Shown: one piece after another, positions 61,938 to 64,000 of the stretch
How the letters are laid out: each line of letters starts with the position of its first letter
Position numbering within the stretch: position 1 is the stretch's first letter
NCBI RefSeq assembly: GCF_963506605.1
Contig: NC_083284.1
Coordinates: forward strand, 69,378,001-69,442,000
Source of the DNA: Zootoca vivipara
Lineage: Eukaryota
Reading direction: 5' to 3'
Length of the DNA stretch: 64,000 nt
Translations under genes and position numbers: made by a program
Notes under the pieces: generated by a model
The model's database searches: none
What the model was told of the DNA's origin: nothing
The model's input: only the letters and a program-made list of their open reading frames with translations

Positions 61938-63003
61938 ACCTCTAACAGTGTTCCTCCTTCTTTCCTACACTTTTCTTCTACAGTGCAGATGAACAAGAGT
62001 GACATGAAAAGTCTGCTTGTCACCTTGAACAACAGCTGCAGGTGCTGCTGCTGCTGCTGAACATGCCAGTAGGAGGTAGGCTAAGGAACCAAGAGAGATG
62101 GGTTGTATACAGCTCAAAGGACTCAGCTAACACTGCTAAAATAATTGAGAATAGAGTTACAGAATAGGGTTGTGCGGGGGTTGCATTCTGGGTCATCACA
62201 TGCTTTGGTGGAGAAGACGCAAACCCAACCCACCGCCTTCCAGGGCTGAAATTGCCATGCACGTTGGGCGGGTGAGTGTACCTTGGTCACACACAAAATG
62301 ATCATTCCCTGTATTGAGACCCTTTACAAGCTTGATAACTGCAAACATTTCCTTGTTTATGTACAAAAGTGCATGAAATATCTAATCCAGGGGTCCTTCA
62401 TTGGGTGAGGGAGAAAAAGAAGACAGAGAAATCCTTTTGCAAATTGCAAACAATACAATTAAGGGCAAAGGTTTATTTCAGAGATTATGTAGCATTTTCT
62501 GACATAACTATGTAAGCCCTGCAAAGGCACTAATTAAAGACTAAGAATTTCAGAGGACTCCTCTTCCTCCTCTCTTCTTTCCACTCCCATATTCCAAAGA
62601 GGAAAAAAAATCAACCCAAATTGATAGTGTCCTAAGTACTGGCAGCAACAAATGACATAACTTGAGAGGATAGAAGAAGAGTTTGGATTTGATATCCCAC
62701 TTTATCACTATCCTAAGGAGTCTCAAAGCAGCTAACATTCTCCTTTCCCTTCCTCTCCCTCAACAAGCACTCTGTGAGGTGAGTGGGGCTGAGAGACTTC
62801 AGAGAAGTGTGACTAGCCCAAGGTCACCCGGCAGCTGCATGTGGAGGAGCGGAGACGCGAACCCAGTTCCCCAGATTAAGATTCTACCACTTAACCACTG
62901 CACCACAGTAGCAGGGGCAAGGTGGTGATTTAAAACACCAGAGGGGGAAGGCAAATTTAAACCACCAATTTAGATCAAGTTTCCTACTGATACTTTTCAT
63001 ATA

Positions 63004-63218
63004 CAGTTATACCTCGGGTTACAGACGCTTCAGGTTGCGCATTTTTGGGGTGCACACCGCGCCGAACCCGGAAGTACCGGAACGGGTTACTTCCGGGTTT
63101 CTGCGCTTTAGGCATGCACAGAAGCACCGAATCGCGACCTGCGTGTGCGCAGACATGGTGCTGCATGTTGTGAACATGCCTCTCGCAAGGATCATGTTCG
63201 CAACCCGAGCGTCCACTG
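63004..63218. mobile_element. Tc1/mariner MITE
   Basis: TA-CAGTTATACCTCGGGTT...AACCCGAGCGTCCACTG-TA. Confidence 0.75.
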
Positions 63219-64000
63219 TAGTACCAAAATAATAGTGTAAATATGACCAGTACACCATGTCAACTTCTAACTACAGTATCATAATATTTAATTACTACAG
63301 TGAAGCCTTACACCTATTTGTTACACCTACCTCTCATAAAAAACAAAAATGAAATACCCATGACTGAAGAAAATGTTTCAATGTGACTGTGAAAGAAAGA
63401 CGGCAGAAAAAACCACAGGAGATGGGTAAAAATACTCTGAAAGGCACGTAGGAAGGGGAAAATACAAAGGAAATGCCTTCTCTACTAGGAGCTTCTGGAT
63501 CAGAAAGTTCTGCCTAAAATGTGGAGGCTGAGTCAAAATCCCTTCAGAGAAAATGTGTGTACTTAGCCTGAGAAAAGCTGAGCTATGGAACTTCTTGCCA
63601 CAAGGAAATGTGACAAAAAACCAAATTCAAAAGTTGGATTAAATATGAGTGGAAAATGATGTCCATAACTGCGCATTGATTTTGTTAAATTTCGCTTCCA
63701 TCTGCCACCATTTGCCCTGCAGCACCATCTTGTTGCGCCTCAGTATTTTTCAGTCATCTCAAGTGGGCTCTGGGGGTTGACAACTGTACTATAGCAACAC
63801 ACACCACATGTGATCATATACAATAAATTCTGTGTATTTGGCATGCATATGGCCAAGTAAAATGTCCCCTCATCTGAAAAAAAATTATACTGCAAATAAA
63901 GTTGACCCTGAGCGTCTCTTTTCTACAAAGGCTTTCCTGTAGTAGAGCAGGGGCAGGGTGTGGGGAGGTAGTTCGGGATATACCGTACCTGTACATCTAG

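Noticed and set aside
60300-64000. SLIT2 3' exons or FBXL5 exon 1
   Set aside because: Looked for by eye on the minus strand; no matching peptide found

Overview
Eukaryotic (vertebrate) genomic DNA, most likely a squamate reptile and probably a lacertid lizard (inferred from Sauria SINEs, RTE-BovB, CR1, L2, Penelope and hAT/Tc1 MITE families). The window holds the last 7 coding exons of KCNIP4 (KChIP4, + strand, 8645-37342, intact GT-AG structure). It also holds the complete convergent PACRGL gene (- strand, 8 coding exons, 750-nt CDS = 249 aa, CpG-island promoter near 50.2-50.7 kb), with the two 3' ends meeting near 39.05-39.2 kb. Introns are packed with nested transposable elements, many with readable target-site duplications (TSDs). 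Upstream of PACRGL (52.8-60 kb) is an unexplained patchwork: a second CCAAT-rich CpG island, a head-to-head G-rich/C-rich inverted minisatellite with proline-rich coding potential, an internally deleted processed APEX2 pseudogene, and an orphan frameshifted copy of FBXL5 exon 2 (hemerythrin iron-sensor domain) that keeps its splice sites. Three Penelope-derived hairpin elements carry minimal hammerhead-ribozyme cores (CUGAAGA...GAAA). Gene identities come from my recall of vertebrate protein sequences, not from database searches. Most short ORFs in the supplied track are spurious.
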